Below, in pieces: positions 13,839 to 27,649 of a stretch of 64,000 nucleotides of DNA (position 1 is the first letter of the stretch; each line of letters begins with the position of its first letter). This DNA is from Eledone cirrhosa. Lineage: Eukaryota. A program made the translations under genes and the position numbers. Below the pieces are notes generated by a model. It did not search any database and had not been told where the DNA came from. It saw nothing but the letters and a program-made list of their open reading frames with translations. Location of the stretch: contig OZ024741.1 of the NCBI GenBank assembly GCA_964016885.1, positions 360,592,001-360,656,000 of the forward strand, read 5' to 3'.

Positions 13839-15099
13839 AAATAATGGAACAAAAAGTTGTCTCCAAAGGTTGGTATCAATATACTTAATAGGATTTAACA
13901 ACAAATTTCTGTTTTGGTTATCAAATATGAATTATAAAGGAGCTGAGCATTAGATCAAACTAATGGAACTATGTTTCCATTGGTCTATCTTTTGCTGATA
14001 ATATTTGCCAGTTGCAATGCAAATCTTGGCACAAGGAGATGGGATTTGAACTCGGAATGCAGTGCTGAATCAGATACTGAAAAGCAGCGTTGTGTCCTAT
14101 TCTTTAACAATTCCACCAACCCACTGTCCTTTACCTTTTTCCTTTTGAGGATGATAAATAGTCAAAGTTAATCTCAGTGGGATTTGAATTCAGAGTGCAA
14201 TGAGACAATGTTTTAATTTATTTATCATTGCTTTACATTTGGTAGTTTCATATCATGGAACAAGAAACGATCTCAAGAAGGTTGGTATGAAAATATTTAA
14301 ATGGGCTTAACAACATATTTTTGTTCTAGTTATCAAATAAGAATTAGAAGAGAATTCTGACAATATTTGGTATGTAGTAAACTAAGTAGAAATCTCCATG
14401 AATTATTTACTCCTATTTGAATACAAATAGTATCAGCAATGGAAAAACCAAAAGTAAACGTTGTTTCCTTGGTTTGATCCCTTTCTGTTCCTTTTTGAAA
14501 TAAATGTAACCCAAAAGATTGGTGAGGGGAGATACAGAAGATAATGAAAAGTAGAGAAGCTTGTTATGAGGCCTGCAAGGCTAACCCTTGCTTTACCAAG
14601 GAAGAGGGTTTTAAAACATTCATCAATATCATAATTTTCAGATGCATTTTTTTTACAAAAAAAAAAAAATGTCAAACTCTGCCTGTACCCTATTTATGGA
14701 ATAAAAATCTTAAATACTACTATAACATTTTCCCCAAACTTTCTTCAAAATAAGAGTGCATCTCATATCCCACAAAATATGGTATTTAATAATAAGTAAG
14801 GATTTATATTGGTAAACAACAGTTTCAATCTCATATGTTGATACATGTAATAACTTATATGTATGTTTGTAAATATGTGTATGTGTGTGTATGTTGAGAC
14901 ACACATATGCATGAATGACATATATCTCTATGGGTATGTATGTATATATACAGGGCCAGATTTATAGTGGGGGAGACAGGGAATTTTCCCCAGCCAGGTT
15001 TGCATATCAGCAGACTGGCCAGTCAGTTTCCTGTATACGAGCGAGAAATGGCCGGCTTTGCCAAATTCAAATAAAAAAGTTTGATGATATGCAAACCTG

Positions 15100-15295
15100 G
15101 CTGATCAGTGGATCTGCTAATATGCAGATCTGACTGATCAGCCAGTCTGCTGATCTGCAGATCTGACTGATCAGCCAGTCTGCTAATATGCAGATCTGAC
15201 TGATCAACCAGTCTGCTAATATGCAGATCTGACTGATCAGCCAGTCTGCTAATATGCAGATCTGACTGATCAGCCAGTCTGCTGATCTGCAAATC
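15100..15295. repeat. 33-bp tandem repeat, about 6 copies
   Basis: CTGACTGATCAGCCAGTCTGCTAATATGCAGAT unit. Confidence 0.9.
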
Positions 15296-15353
15296 AGGCC
15301 GATAAGTCACTGTGTATTTTTGAAAATAGCATATATTTTCACTAGCTCTGACA

Positions 15354-15435
15354 GTTGGCAGGTGAACAGTGAGCTGCACTGATGAAGGGTGATACCCAGA
15401 AACATTAGTCGCTGCAGTTCTGTTCACATGCCAAC
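15354..15435 (+). ncRNA. Hammerhead-like motif with a very long stem I
   Basis: GTTGGCAGGTGAACAGTGAGCTGCA-CTGATGA-aGGGTgatACCCa-GAAA-CattaG-TC-gc-TGCAGTTCTGTTCACATGCCAAC. Confidence 0.65.
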
Positions 15436-15539
15436 ACAAGAGCAAGAATGAAGGGTTCATTCTACTGACATGGCTATAAAATTGAGGCTTGTTTGCATAA
15501 TTGCAAACGAATCGAATGTTATTATTAATATTCAAAAAA

Positions 15540-15760
15540 GGGCGGTGGATAGGCAGAATCGGTAGAGGACCGGACGCCATGCTTTGCAGCATAGAGTTAC
15601 GGCCCTTTATGATCTGAGTTCAAATCCTGCCAAGGTTAACTTTGCCTTTCATCCTTACGGGGTCAATAAAATAAAGTACCAGCCACACACTGGGGTCAAT
15701 TTAATCGACTTACCCCCTAAAAAAATATTGCCGGCCTTGTGCCTATATAACAACAATTAT
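15540..15760 (+). mobile_element. SINE family A, full length
   Basis: GGCGGTGGATAGGCAGAATCGGTAGAG head, B-box GAGTTCAAATCC, conserved core, (ATT)n tail. Confidence 0.85.
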
Positions 15761-15789
15761 TAATATTTGAAAAACTCAGATTATATATA

Positions 15790-16253
<464 letters not shown>

Positions 16254-16314
16254 TTTGTAACCGGTCACGTTGTGGCTCAATGAGAAATTAATAAATTTAA
16301 TTAAATAATCAGAG

Positions 16315-17117
16315 CTATATATCATAAAATATGTCTTTAGAATCACTAGATATAATATATACCATTTCCTCTCCCAATTAGTATAATTAACCATATAAAA
16401 AATCAATTAGACCAAGCTATAAGAATAAAGGCTCCTATGAAGAAATCATCGACAAATAACCGAAAGCAGCTCCTTCACGGTGGCTACAATAGATTATTTA
16501 TCTAACATTTTGACAGCATGTAAAAATCGACCAGATATACAGTCAACTAAACACAATTAGGTGTAAAATTGAACTTAGAAGAATTGCGTACATACCAAAT
16601 TACCTCTACCATGGTTTCATCCATATTTTAAGACATCCGATAACAAGGTATGTCCAGAGCTTCAGAATCATCAGGAGCGAGCTCAAAATAAGACATTTAA
16701 TTTTCCAAAGTGATCGCGCCAAAAATACATTCAAAAATGGCTAAGAATCGTGAAGTGGCAACGGTCAAGTTAGAAAGGATGTGATTAGTTTCTTACGGTG
16801 GGGTAGGCTTATTGCTAGAAAGCACAGCCTAATATCGCCAAATTGTATCTCAACCTAACGGGAGATTATTACATATAAAGATTTACATATATATTAGTTG
16901 ACTGTATATCGATTTTTACATGCTGTCGAAATGTTAGATAAATAATCTATTGTAGCCACCGCGAAGGGGCTGCTATCGGTTATTTGTCGAAGATTTCTTC
17001 ATAGGAGCCTTTATTCTTATAGCTTGGTCTAATTGATTTTTTATATGGTTAATTATACTAATTGGGAGAGGAAATGGCATATATTATATCTAGTGATTCT
17101 AAAGACATATTTTATGA

Positions 17118-17121
<4 letters not shown>
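16315..17121. mobile_element. Fold-back element with about 230-bp inverted arms (16315-16549 and 16894-17121), Penelope-like
   Basis: Arms are near-identical reverse complements; (TA)n context; hammerhead motif in the spacer. Confidence 0.75.
16604..16677 (-). ncRNA. Minimal hammerhead motif
   Basis: CTC-CTGATGA-T...(GACAT/ATGTC hairpin)...T-GAAA-CCATGG-TA-GAG; palindromic stem III; stem I only 3 bp. Confidence 0.65.
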
Positions 17122-17149
<28 letters not shown>

Positions 17150-17369
17150 CACAAAAAGGGAGATGGAAAAGTAGTTTTAAAACAATTTTATATTAACACC
17201 TACATGTTGATATATATGTATCAACATGTAGGTGCGCAAAGAACTTTGTAGTTTGTAAGGTGGGAATTGACTTTAGTTATGTACTGTTAAATTGAATCTA
17301 ATTTGTATATGCTTCTGAAGAAAGAGTAATATTTTTCTTTTCCTTCCTTTCTTTATATATATATATATA

Positions 17370-18954
17370 TATTTAGCTTTTGTTGACTTGGAGAAAGCCT
17401 TCGACAGAGTCCCCCGTTCCATTATCTGGTGGTCTCTTAGAAAACTAGGTGTTGACGAATGGCTTGTCAGAGCTATACAAGCCATGTATAAAGAAACAGT
17501 CAGCAAGGTTAGAATTAACAACGAATATAGTGAAGAGTTTAGCGTAAAAGTTGGTGTCCATCAGGGCTCTGTTCTTAGCCCCCTCCTATTTATTATTGCC
17601 CTTCAGGCTATAACAGTGGAGTTCAAGACCGGCTGCCCATGGGAACTCCTATACGCAGATGATCTAACGCTCATAGCTGAATCAATGGCCGAGCTAGAGA
17701 AGAAATTCCAAACATGGAAGCACGGCCTAGAATCAAAAGGCCTTAAAATTAACCTGGCTAAGACTAAAGTTCTAGTTTGTAGGAAAGAAAATAAGGCGCC
17801 GGTCCCTTCCGGGAAATGGCCATGCTCAGTGTGTAGGAAAGGCGTAGGTAGAAACTCCATTTTATGTCCCAAATGCAAAGTATGGGTGCATAAAAGATGT
17901 AGTGGGATCACAGGTAAGCTAACTAAGAACATAGATTTTACATGTGGCCGGTGCTCTGGTGCAATAAGTAGCAGCAAGTGCCCACAAAATACTAGCTCTT
18001 TCAATTGCGCAGAGGGTTCTATAGAAATAGTGGACAGCTTCCGTTACCTGGGCGACAAAATCAGCAGTGGGGGAGGGTGCTCTGAAAGTACAGTAGTTAG
18101 AGTCAGAACTGGTTGGAAAAAGTTCAGAGAGCTTATACCACTATTAGCTGCTAAAGGGTTCTCCCTAAGAATGAAAGGCAGGCTGTATGATGCCTGCATA
18201 CGAACAGCAATGTTGCATGGCAGTGAGACCTGGGCATTGTGTGCAGAGGATATACGCAGACTAGAGAGGAACGAAGCTTGCATGCTCCGCTGGATGTGTA
18301 ATAGTAACATACGTGAACGGCAAAGCATAAGCGAACTAAGGAAAAAATTAGAAATAAGAGGGATCAGATGTTGTTTACTCGAGAGAAGGCTACGTTGGTA
18401 TGGTCACGTGATGCGCATGAAAGACGACAGCTGTATAACAAAGTGCAGGGCAATAAAGATAGATGGTAGCTACGGAGTAGGCAGACCCAGAAAAACCTGG
18501 GACGAGCTGATAAATTCTGACCTCACACACTTACACCTCTCCAAGACAATGTCACTGGACCGAGACCTTTGGCGGTACTCAGTAATAGAGAAGACCCGCC
18601 TTACCTAAGTAGAAAGTGAAACCTACTACAGTCAGTAGGCATCTCTAACAAAATACACCCCCGTCCCACCACCCCTTTCAATGTAAAGTTATGTTGGTAC
18701 CACAACATCCAGTCCGAAACAAATGAGATCGTGTAGACACAGTCCACGCTGTAATGTGGCCGTGTAGGCAACACGGTAAAAACCTCCCAGCCCCACACTG
18801 TAAATGTGGTTGGTGTTAGGAAGGGCATCCAGCTGTAGAAAACCCGCCAGACAGTCCTATGCGAGCAAGACAATCACTCTTGCCTCAAGTGGGAAAACCC
18901 CCATCCAAACCCATGCAAGCGTGGAACACGGACGTTAAACGTTGATGATGATGA

Positions 18955-18955
<1 letters not shown>
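17370..18955 (+). mobile_element. 5'-truncated RTE-clade LINE with an uninterrupted RT/C-terminal ORF (to 18608), 3' UTR and (GAT)n tail
   Basis: YLAFVDLEKAFDRVPR, GVHQGSVLSPLLF, LLYADDL, FRYLG, RRLRWYGHVMR, GRPRKTW. Confidence 0.95.
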
Positions 18956-20371
<1,416 letters not shown>

Positions 20372-20467
20372 CTCCAGGGCAGTGCCCCAGCATGGCCTCA
20401 GCCAGATGGCTGGAACAGGTAAGAGAATATATATATATTCAATTACATAACAAACAACACAATATAG

Positions 20468-20544
20468 TTATTTCATTACTGAAGGTTTCAAGATACTAGA
20501 TGATTCATGTAAGAAACATCCAACTCGTTCATCAGACAAAATAA
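20468..20544 (-). ncRNA. Minimal hammerhead motif
   Basis: TTATTTTGT-CTGATGA-a..TTGGATG..CATCTAG..t-GAAA-CcttcaG-TA-ATGAAATAA; 9-bp stem I with two G-U pairs. Confidence 0.6.
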
Positions 20545-20905
20545 TTATGTTTTGGATATAAATTTTGAAAGTGATATCTATTAAAAATTATATATATATA
20601 TTTCACTTATACAAGTTACTTATCTATAACTATCTGTATAATGCATAATCCTATATTATTCTCGAAACATGTGTAAGACATTAAAATTGTTTTAAAGCTA
20701 CTTTTATTTTTTTTTTTCTCTTATATATCATGGCTTATGGCTGTTTTTCCAAACTTTATTTTTCCCTCAAAAATCTACTTCTTCTTCTGACCAATTGCAT
20801 ATAAACACCTTGAGCTAATTCTGAAACTGTTTGGCAATTATATGCAATCCTATATAATTCGCCACATAGAAATTGAGTTATATATTATTTTACTCTTGCA
20901 ATATA

Positions 20906-20998
20906 CATGGTGTCCCAAAAGAATGTATACACACTTTGATTACCTGTACAGGCAATATTTATTAGAATGCTGTTGAAGTGTGTATACATTTTGGGGAT
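20906..20998. mobile_element. Small mariner-type MITE
   Basis: TGTCCCAAAAGAATGTATACACACTT / AAGTGTGTATACATTTTGGGGATA inverted ends in a TA context. Confidence 0.55.
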
Positions 20999-21148
20999 AT
21001 ATATTTATATATATATATAGTTGTAGAATATCATGAATTACACCTTGGATGAATTGGTTTATTCTATTTGTGGATTGTAGAAACTGATTGAGCTTTAAAT
21101 CTTTTTGGTATATCTCAACCAAGTTTAATCTCTCAGTTTATTACTCTT

Positions 21149-21190
<42 letters not shown>

Positions 21191-21194
<4 letters not shown>

Positions 21195-21390
21195 GAAATG
21201 GCTTCTATAGGACTAGAACTGTTTCATTCGAAGGATATCATCAGGACTTTCCTGATGATTTCCTTCGAATGAAGCAGTTCTACTCCTGAAGAAGCCATTT
21301 CTATATTAAATATTAATACTCTGCTATGTATTGAGTACCTTACTTACTGTGGTTACCCGGAAATACACATATATATTGAACCCGGGATAC
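21191..21390. mobile_element. Penelope-like pLTR palindrome carrying two opposite-strand hammerhead cores
   Basis: Palindrome 21191-21306; minus copy CTGATGA..GAAA intact; plus copy CTGATGA..GAAG mutated; tail TTGAGTACCTTAC shared with 60282-60410. Confidence 0.7.
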
Positions 21391-21783
21391 ACATATATAT
21401 ATGTGTATATATATATTTATTTATATATATATATTCATTTAATTAAGGCTAAATAGTGAATCTTGTTACTCTGGAGTTTCACCTGTTTATCTATTTCAGA
21501 ATTGAGTACTCTTTTCTCTCAGCCATCAACCACACACACATACATATACATAGATATATAGATATATATTTACTGATACATACATGCAATAGATATTCAA
21601 CTATAATTCAATATATTTCCATTCATATTCGGGGTTTTCTCTTGTAATAAGAAAATAAGAAAAAAAGTTTGTGTTTTTTTTAAATGATTCAAATTCAATT
21701 GTTACTATCAAAGATGGGCTATCACAGGTCATCGTTTCTGAATATTAGTTTCATTTGACTCACTGACATGGCAGAAATATTAA

Positions 21784-21980
21784 CCCTTTTGTTACTGTAT
21801 TTCTAATGAAAGACATTGTCTATGATTTTCAAAGTATTTTGAAAATAACCCAGAATTTTGAGTGAGTTAGTAAAATAACCAATTTTCTCATTATAGAGTT
21901 GTTGTTTAGAACACTCCAAAATAATCAGCTCCTGTATCATAGAAATAGGGCTGGTTTCAGATGATTTAGTATCAAAAGGG
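21784..21980. mobile_element. piggyBac-type MITE (second family)
   Basis: TTAA-CCCTTTTG...CAAAAGGG-TTAA. Confidence 0.7.
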
Positions 21981-22320
21981 TTAAAAGACATGAAGGATGA
22001 TTGGGAAAGGGTTAATACACAACCAGATATACCAGGAAAATATTATATCATGGAATCACAATATCTCAGCATACTTTAACAATATGATAGAATCAAAATC
22101 TGAAAATGTACTTCTTGGCATAATGATTTTTTTTCCCAGAATGGCATGGATGAAACGCGCACACACATACAGACAGATATATATATATATATATATACTT
22201 CGATCAAAGCATATTCTATATTACATATATATATATATATATAAATAGAGATAGATAAATAGATAGACAGATAGGCAGATAGATAGATGTATATGTGAAT
22301 ATATATGTCTGTATGTATAA

Positions 22321-22369
<49 letters not shown>

Positions 22370-22734
22370 CATATATACATATATATATATATACTTATAT
22401 ATATATACATACATATATATAAATATATATATATATATAAGCGGATATGTCGGCTACTTTAAGATGTTTTTTACAGAAATAACAACAAAAGAAATATACA
22501 ATCCAACTCACTACTGTTCAGTTTCCCATTATTTAAAAATCTACTGAGGTAATTCTTCTGATGACTGGAAAACCAAGTCAACAACCATTATTGTAACACA
22601 AAGGTCCTTTTAATAACCCTTTTTTCTGCTTTTTCTTCATTTTTTTCTCCCTTCGAGCCTACAGATTTATCCATTTGTCAACATCAGTAATATATTCATA
22701 TATATTAATATGTTAAAAAAACATGTCTCAGCTC

Positions 22735-22848
22735 TTAGATTGGTAATGTATCTATGTGATTATTGGAACTATCTTCTGGCTTCTGAAGTAACAACATGAC
22801 AGGGTAGTGTAAATCTTTGTTGTAAATATTGCTGTTCTGGCATTGAAG
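22735..22848 (-). CDS. CAMKMT: CAMKMT terminal coding exon
   Basis: ttcacag|CTT...TAA; 114 nt; LQCQNSNIYNKDLHYPVMLLLQKPEDSSNNHIDTLPI*; contains the family C-terminal 'Y..DLHYP' motif. Confidence 0.94.
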   Translation of the reverse strand, partial: LQCQNSNIYNKDLHYPVMLLLQKPEDSSNNHIDTLPI

Positions 22849-23974
22849 CTGTGAAACAAGAACAAAAAAACAAAATATAAAAATAATTGATCAACAAGCC
22901 ATAATGAAGAAGTGGAGAAATAATTATCAAGCTATATAAAAGAATTCCAACACGAACCAGACTGAACTCATCACCCCTAGTTTCTCTAACAAGACTTGAC
23001 AACATCAAAAAACCCAAACGGGGAGTACCATGAAAAAAAAGTGCCCCAAAACGGGGTGAAATGAGGCAAAATGCTGAAATTTTACATAGTGAAAGCTATA
23101 CCCATTTTCACAAGAGAAGACATCTCTCAGCCACCCCAAAGTGGGTGGGAGATCTCCCCGTTGGACAGAGAGAGTTGACAGGTCTGTCTAACCTTCAGCC
23201 TTCCTGATACTCATATGCACACCCTATATTTGTCTGCTTTGTGTGTTTGTGTCTGCACACAGTTGTACTCTTGGGTCTCAAATAATATGGGTGGGTTGGA
23301 AATAGCAGGTGAGGTGGGTGGAAAATCTGTATTTTTTCTAAGTTGTATCCGTTGATTTTTAAAAAAACCCAAATTACTCATTTAGTTTACATATTGAGAC
23401 CCCAACCCATCCTATTTTATAACATATGGGATTTCTGGTAATGTACTTTTTTTGCTATGTATAATGTTTTTTAATGTCTAAAGAAAATTAATTGTCACAA
23501 GAATGCTACCACTTAAAATAAATTTCCGCTGGAGATAAACTAACAACCTTTAATAAGAGGGGGAAAGGGAATAAGAGCGACAGACGGGGGATTGGATGGA
23601 AAAAAATCTGAAAAATTAATAAACAGTAGGGTGAGGTGGACGCGATTATTCAAGACCAGAGAGTATACATATGTTTGCTTATATACTCATGCTAACCTCC
23701 TCGCTTACCTCCCCTTTGCAACCGCCAGGTTTTAAAATAAAGCCCAAATGTGGTGTTATTTTTTCTTGTTTTCATTTTTTCTCTTGCTTTCCTGCATTTT
23801 TTTCTTTCTTTCTCCATACCTTCAGAAGAAGGGCAAAGCCTGAAACGTTTTATATTAACTTTTATCCAATCTCCTGAGAATTAAACTAATATTCTCGATT
23901 TGGACCATCTTCTGTCTTGTTTTTCTGTTACTTCATTCACTATACACACACACACAAACACATATATATATATA

Positions 23975-24130
23975 TACAGGTATAATTCCGTTATAACGAA
24001 TTCCATTATAATGAACTTTTTTTCAATCCCTGGCCACACGTTCGATGTGTTAGGTCAATCTCGTTATAAACAATTTTTTGTAACAACAAATTCTTTTTTA
24101 TACTCTGTGAATTTCTTTATAACAGAATTT
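23975..24130. mobile_element. Tc1/pogo-type MITE
   Basis: TACAGGTATAATTCCGTTATAACGAA start and inverted TTATAACAGAATTTA end. Confidence 0.5.
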
Positions 24131-24654
24131 ATCATCATCATCACTATCATCATCATCGTTTAACGTCTATCTTCCACACTAGCATGGGTTAGATGGGTTT
24201 ATCCCATTTAGAGGCAAATGGATTGGGGAACAGTGACTCGCTCATATAGGACTGTTTCTGGCTGGTTTGCTACGGCTGGAGATAGATATATATCATCATC
24301 ATCATTTAACGTCCATCTTTCACGCTAGCATGGGTAGATATACATACATGGTCCCGTAACTCCTGGGGAAGTCATAAGGGTGCTGTATTGATATACAGCG
24401 TTTTGGGGGCATTTTAAAACTTAATGGAGCCAAATCCTCTCCAGGTTTGAATACACCAGATTTCTTCCAGGGAAGGAAAGAGAGAGTGAGAGAATAGAAG
24501 TGAGAAAGAGATATAGAGGAAGAATCAACCTCAGTACCAGACTGCTATTTTTTTTAGCGAACTTGAAAGGATGAAAGGCAAAGCTGGCCTCGCAGAGCAG
24601 AGACGTTCTAACAACTGTGCCAACTAGCCTTATATATATATATATATATATATA

Positions 24655-25015
24655 TAATAATACAAGAACGATTTGTTAACCCTTCAATACGTTTATTGAT
24701 TTGTGATGTGCGTTTCGCTATTGATCAGCTCAAGGTTCGATCTGTATCGATCTGGCCCAACTCTGGAATCAAAAGCTCGTTGGACCTCTGTTGTAGGTAT
24801 GGCAGTCATTGATACAGTCATCGATACACATCGAACCTTGAGCTGATCAATAGCAAAACACGCATCACCTATCAACAAATGTAATGAAGGCTTAACAAAT
24901 CGTCCTTGTATTATTATATTACACTCTGTCTAGCTCTACACCTCCAACTGGCGTGAACCTAAACACTGAGTGCTCACCTGCGTGAACCTACAGTAACTGC
25001 ATGTTACACTCCCTG
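24655..25015. mobile_element. Fold-back element (about 95-bp inverted arms, 24655-24750 and 24820-24918) in (TA)n
   Basis: Arms are reverse complements with about 10 mismatches; followed by a unique tail. Confidence 0.65.
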
Positions 25016-25773
25016 GATATGGATATATATATATATATCATCATCATCATCTTCGTTTAACGTCCATCTTCCACGCTAGCATGGGCTAGACGATGAGTTG
25101 TCCCACTTGAGGCAAGGTAGGTTGGGTGACCGTCTCTCGCTCATATAGGACTATGTGGCAGGTTTTCTACAGCTGGATGCCCTTTGTAACACCAACCACA
25201 TTTACAGTGTGGAACTGGGAACTTTTTACCGTGTTACCTACATGGCCACATTACAGCGTGGACTGTGTTTTTTTTTTTGCGTGACACCTACACGATCTCG
25301 ATCTCGATCTCATTATCTCATTTATTTGGACTATATATATATATATGAGGTTATAGTGTGCTAGTTCACTATTTTCATTGGTAAGATAAGTTAAGCTCAA
25401 TGTCATCTTTTACCCTTCGTTCTTCAGGATTGAATAGTTATAGTAGCAGAGCATTTATAACTCAAAATTCAGTAAGGCCAAGGATTAATATTATTGTTGT
25501 TTATTTATATATCTACAAACATTTCAATGCAACCAGAATAATCCACCAACAGTGGAGAAAGACCGATATGGTATGCTATTTTGGATTCAAGTGTAAGGTA
25601 TATATTTCAGACCATAAAAGTAGTATCTAGTTATAGTGAAACACTGTAAAGTTTAACCTTAAACATTGTTTAACAAATTCAACTTTAATTTGTGTCTATA
25701 CAGTACTATATCTTATGACTGTTGGGATAGAAGTGAAGGAAGGTGTTGAAGGTTAGAAATGGGTGAAACTTAC

Positions 25774-25902
25774 CTCCAGGTGACGATTCCACACATCATC
25801 ATCATACCTCTCAGCTACAGAACAAAGAAATACGGAAGAAGCTAGCTGAAGAAATTCTTTAAAACTGTTCTTTCGTGTTGGAGCAAACAATAGTGCCTCT
25901 CC
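25774..25902 (-). CDS. CAMKMT: CAMKMT exon
   Basis: ttctag|GGA...GAG|gtaag; 129 nt; GEALLFAPTRKNSFKEFLQLASSVFLCSVAERYDDDVWNRHLE. Confidence 0.95.
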
Positions 25903-27435
25903 CTAGAATGTCAAGAAAAGAAATATTGTATAGTAGTGTTATGTTTCTTGAACTGCTGGCAGTTCCTACAAACAATGGAACAGCTGCTCTTGAAATTAAT
26001 GTGTAAGTGACTGAGCATTCAATGTATTTCTCATGGCGGCTCAGTATGACAGCGTTCAACATGGCTGGCCTTTTGGATCCCAGGTGCAACTAATTTTTTT
26101 CCAGCTGAATGGACTGGAGCCATGTGAAATAAAGTGACCCGCTCAAAGACACAATGTACTGCTAGGAATCAAACATATGCTCTTACGATTGTGAGACAAA
26201 CACCCTAACCTCTAAGTCATGCGACTTCAATATAGATAGCAGTACAGTACTTATGAAGCATTGTGAAATATGTGGTTAGGTTTGATTTGGCCAAGCCAGT
26301 AGAATTCAAGTCAGAAATAAAGCAGTGAAAAAAGAGCAAGATAAACAAAACAACAGCTTACACTTGTACAGAGTAGTGATTAGGGGGTTGGGCTTATGAT
26401 CTTAGTGTTGTGAGTTTGATTCCTAAACCAGGTGATACATTGTTTTTTAGGGCAAAGCACTTCATTTCACATTGTTCTAATCTACTCAGCTGGAAATGAG
26501 TACCAACGATAGCTAGGAGTTTAATCCTGCAATGGACTGGCAACTAGTCCAGGGGAAAGTTCTGTACTCTCAGCCACTTAATGCTAATGGACCAGAGATA
26601 ATCGCCAGCCTGATCAGCCACTAAGCTTTGGACAGACTTTTACTAACTTTTACCAAATCTTTTATTACATTTCAAGGTTAGGGCCCCCTTTTTAAAAGAA
26701 GTGAATGGATGGTGATGGTGATGGAACCCTATATAATATCATATTATGTAGAACATAGTTATACTGAAAGATGATAGAGGGAGTTTGATAATCTTAGAAT
26801 GTTCAAGGGTTAATTTGGCAAAGCCATTAGAGCTATAGGACAAAATACGTTGCAACAATTGTTCTAGCTCTCTGCACTCTGAGTTCAAATCCTACAAAAG
26901 CCAACTTTCCCTTTCACCCTTCCAGGGTTGATAAAATAAGTACCAGTTCTGGGTGGTGGATTAGAAGAATTGTTACATCATTGGATAAGATACCTTGTGG
27001 TATTTGCTTAGGCTTTTTGGCTTCTGAGTTCAAATATTGCTGTGGTCTACTTGGCTGATACACATAATCAAGTGCCTGGTTTAACACTACTACTTAGTCT
27101 TTAGTGGAGTCCACTCTACTACAAACATTCAAACCAGACCTCCAGTTTGATGATACACTCCTTCCTACTCCTAACCAGTCTTTGGAGTCCTGAAATGGAC
27201 CATGAACACTGCTCTTCCCTCAGAAATATTTATTTGTTTGTTTATTTTATTATGATATATTTCTATCTCACAACTGCAGATCACCAAAGCATTTATAAGT
27301 TTACAGTTAGTTATTTGCTTTAATAAATAGTTCCCTTTCTCTATATATTATCTATATTTGCTCTACTGATGCTGGGTAAATCTATCTTATTTCATGTAGA
27401 TTAGAAGAATTAGACAGAATAAGAATAATACTTAC

Positions 27436-27499
27436 TCCTGGTTTCAGTAAATAATTGATAGTATCAAGTAGATCAAGACGAGCTTCTTCAAAGAACAGA
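27436..27499 (-). CDS. CAMKMT: CAMKMT exon (completes DCLF)
   Basis: ttctag|T...GGA|gtaag; 64 nt; (C)LFFEEARLDLLDTINYLLKPG. Confidence 0.96.
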
Positions 27500-27540
27500 C
27501 TAGAAATACAAAATTAAGAAAACTTAAAACACAATTGAAA

Positions 27541-27550
27541 GAGAGAGAGG

Positions 27551-27646
<96 letters not shown>
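27541..27646. repeat. (GA)n microsatellite
   Basis: Seen directly; reads as a (TC)n pyrimidine tract about 40 nt upstream of a CAMKMT acceptor. Confidence 0.95.

Positions 27647-27649
<3 letters not shown>

Noticed and set aside
23822-23850. CAGAAGA-AGGGCAAAGCCT-GAAACG hammerhead (similar relic at 34520-34560 minus)
   Set aside because: Core mutated and no convincing stem I; at most a decayed relic
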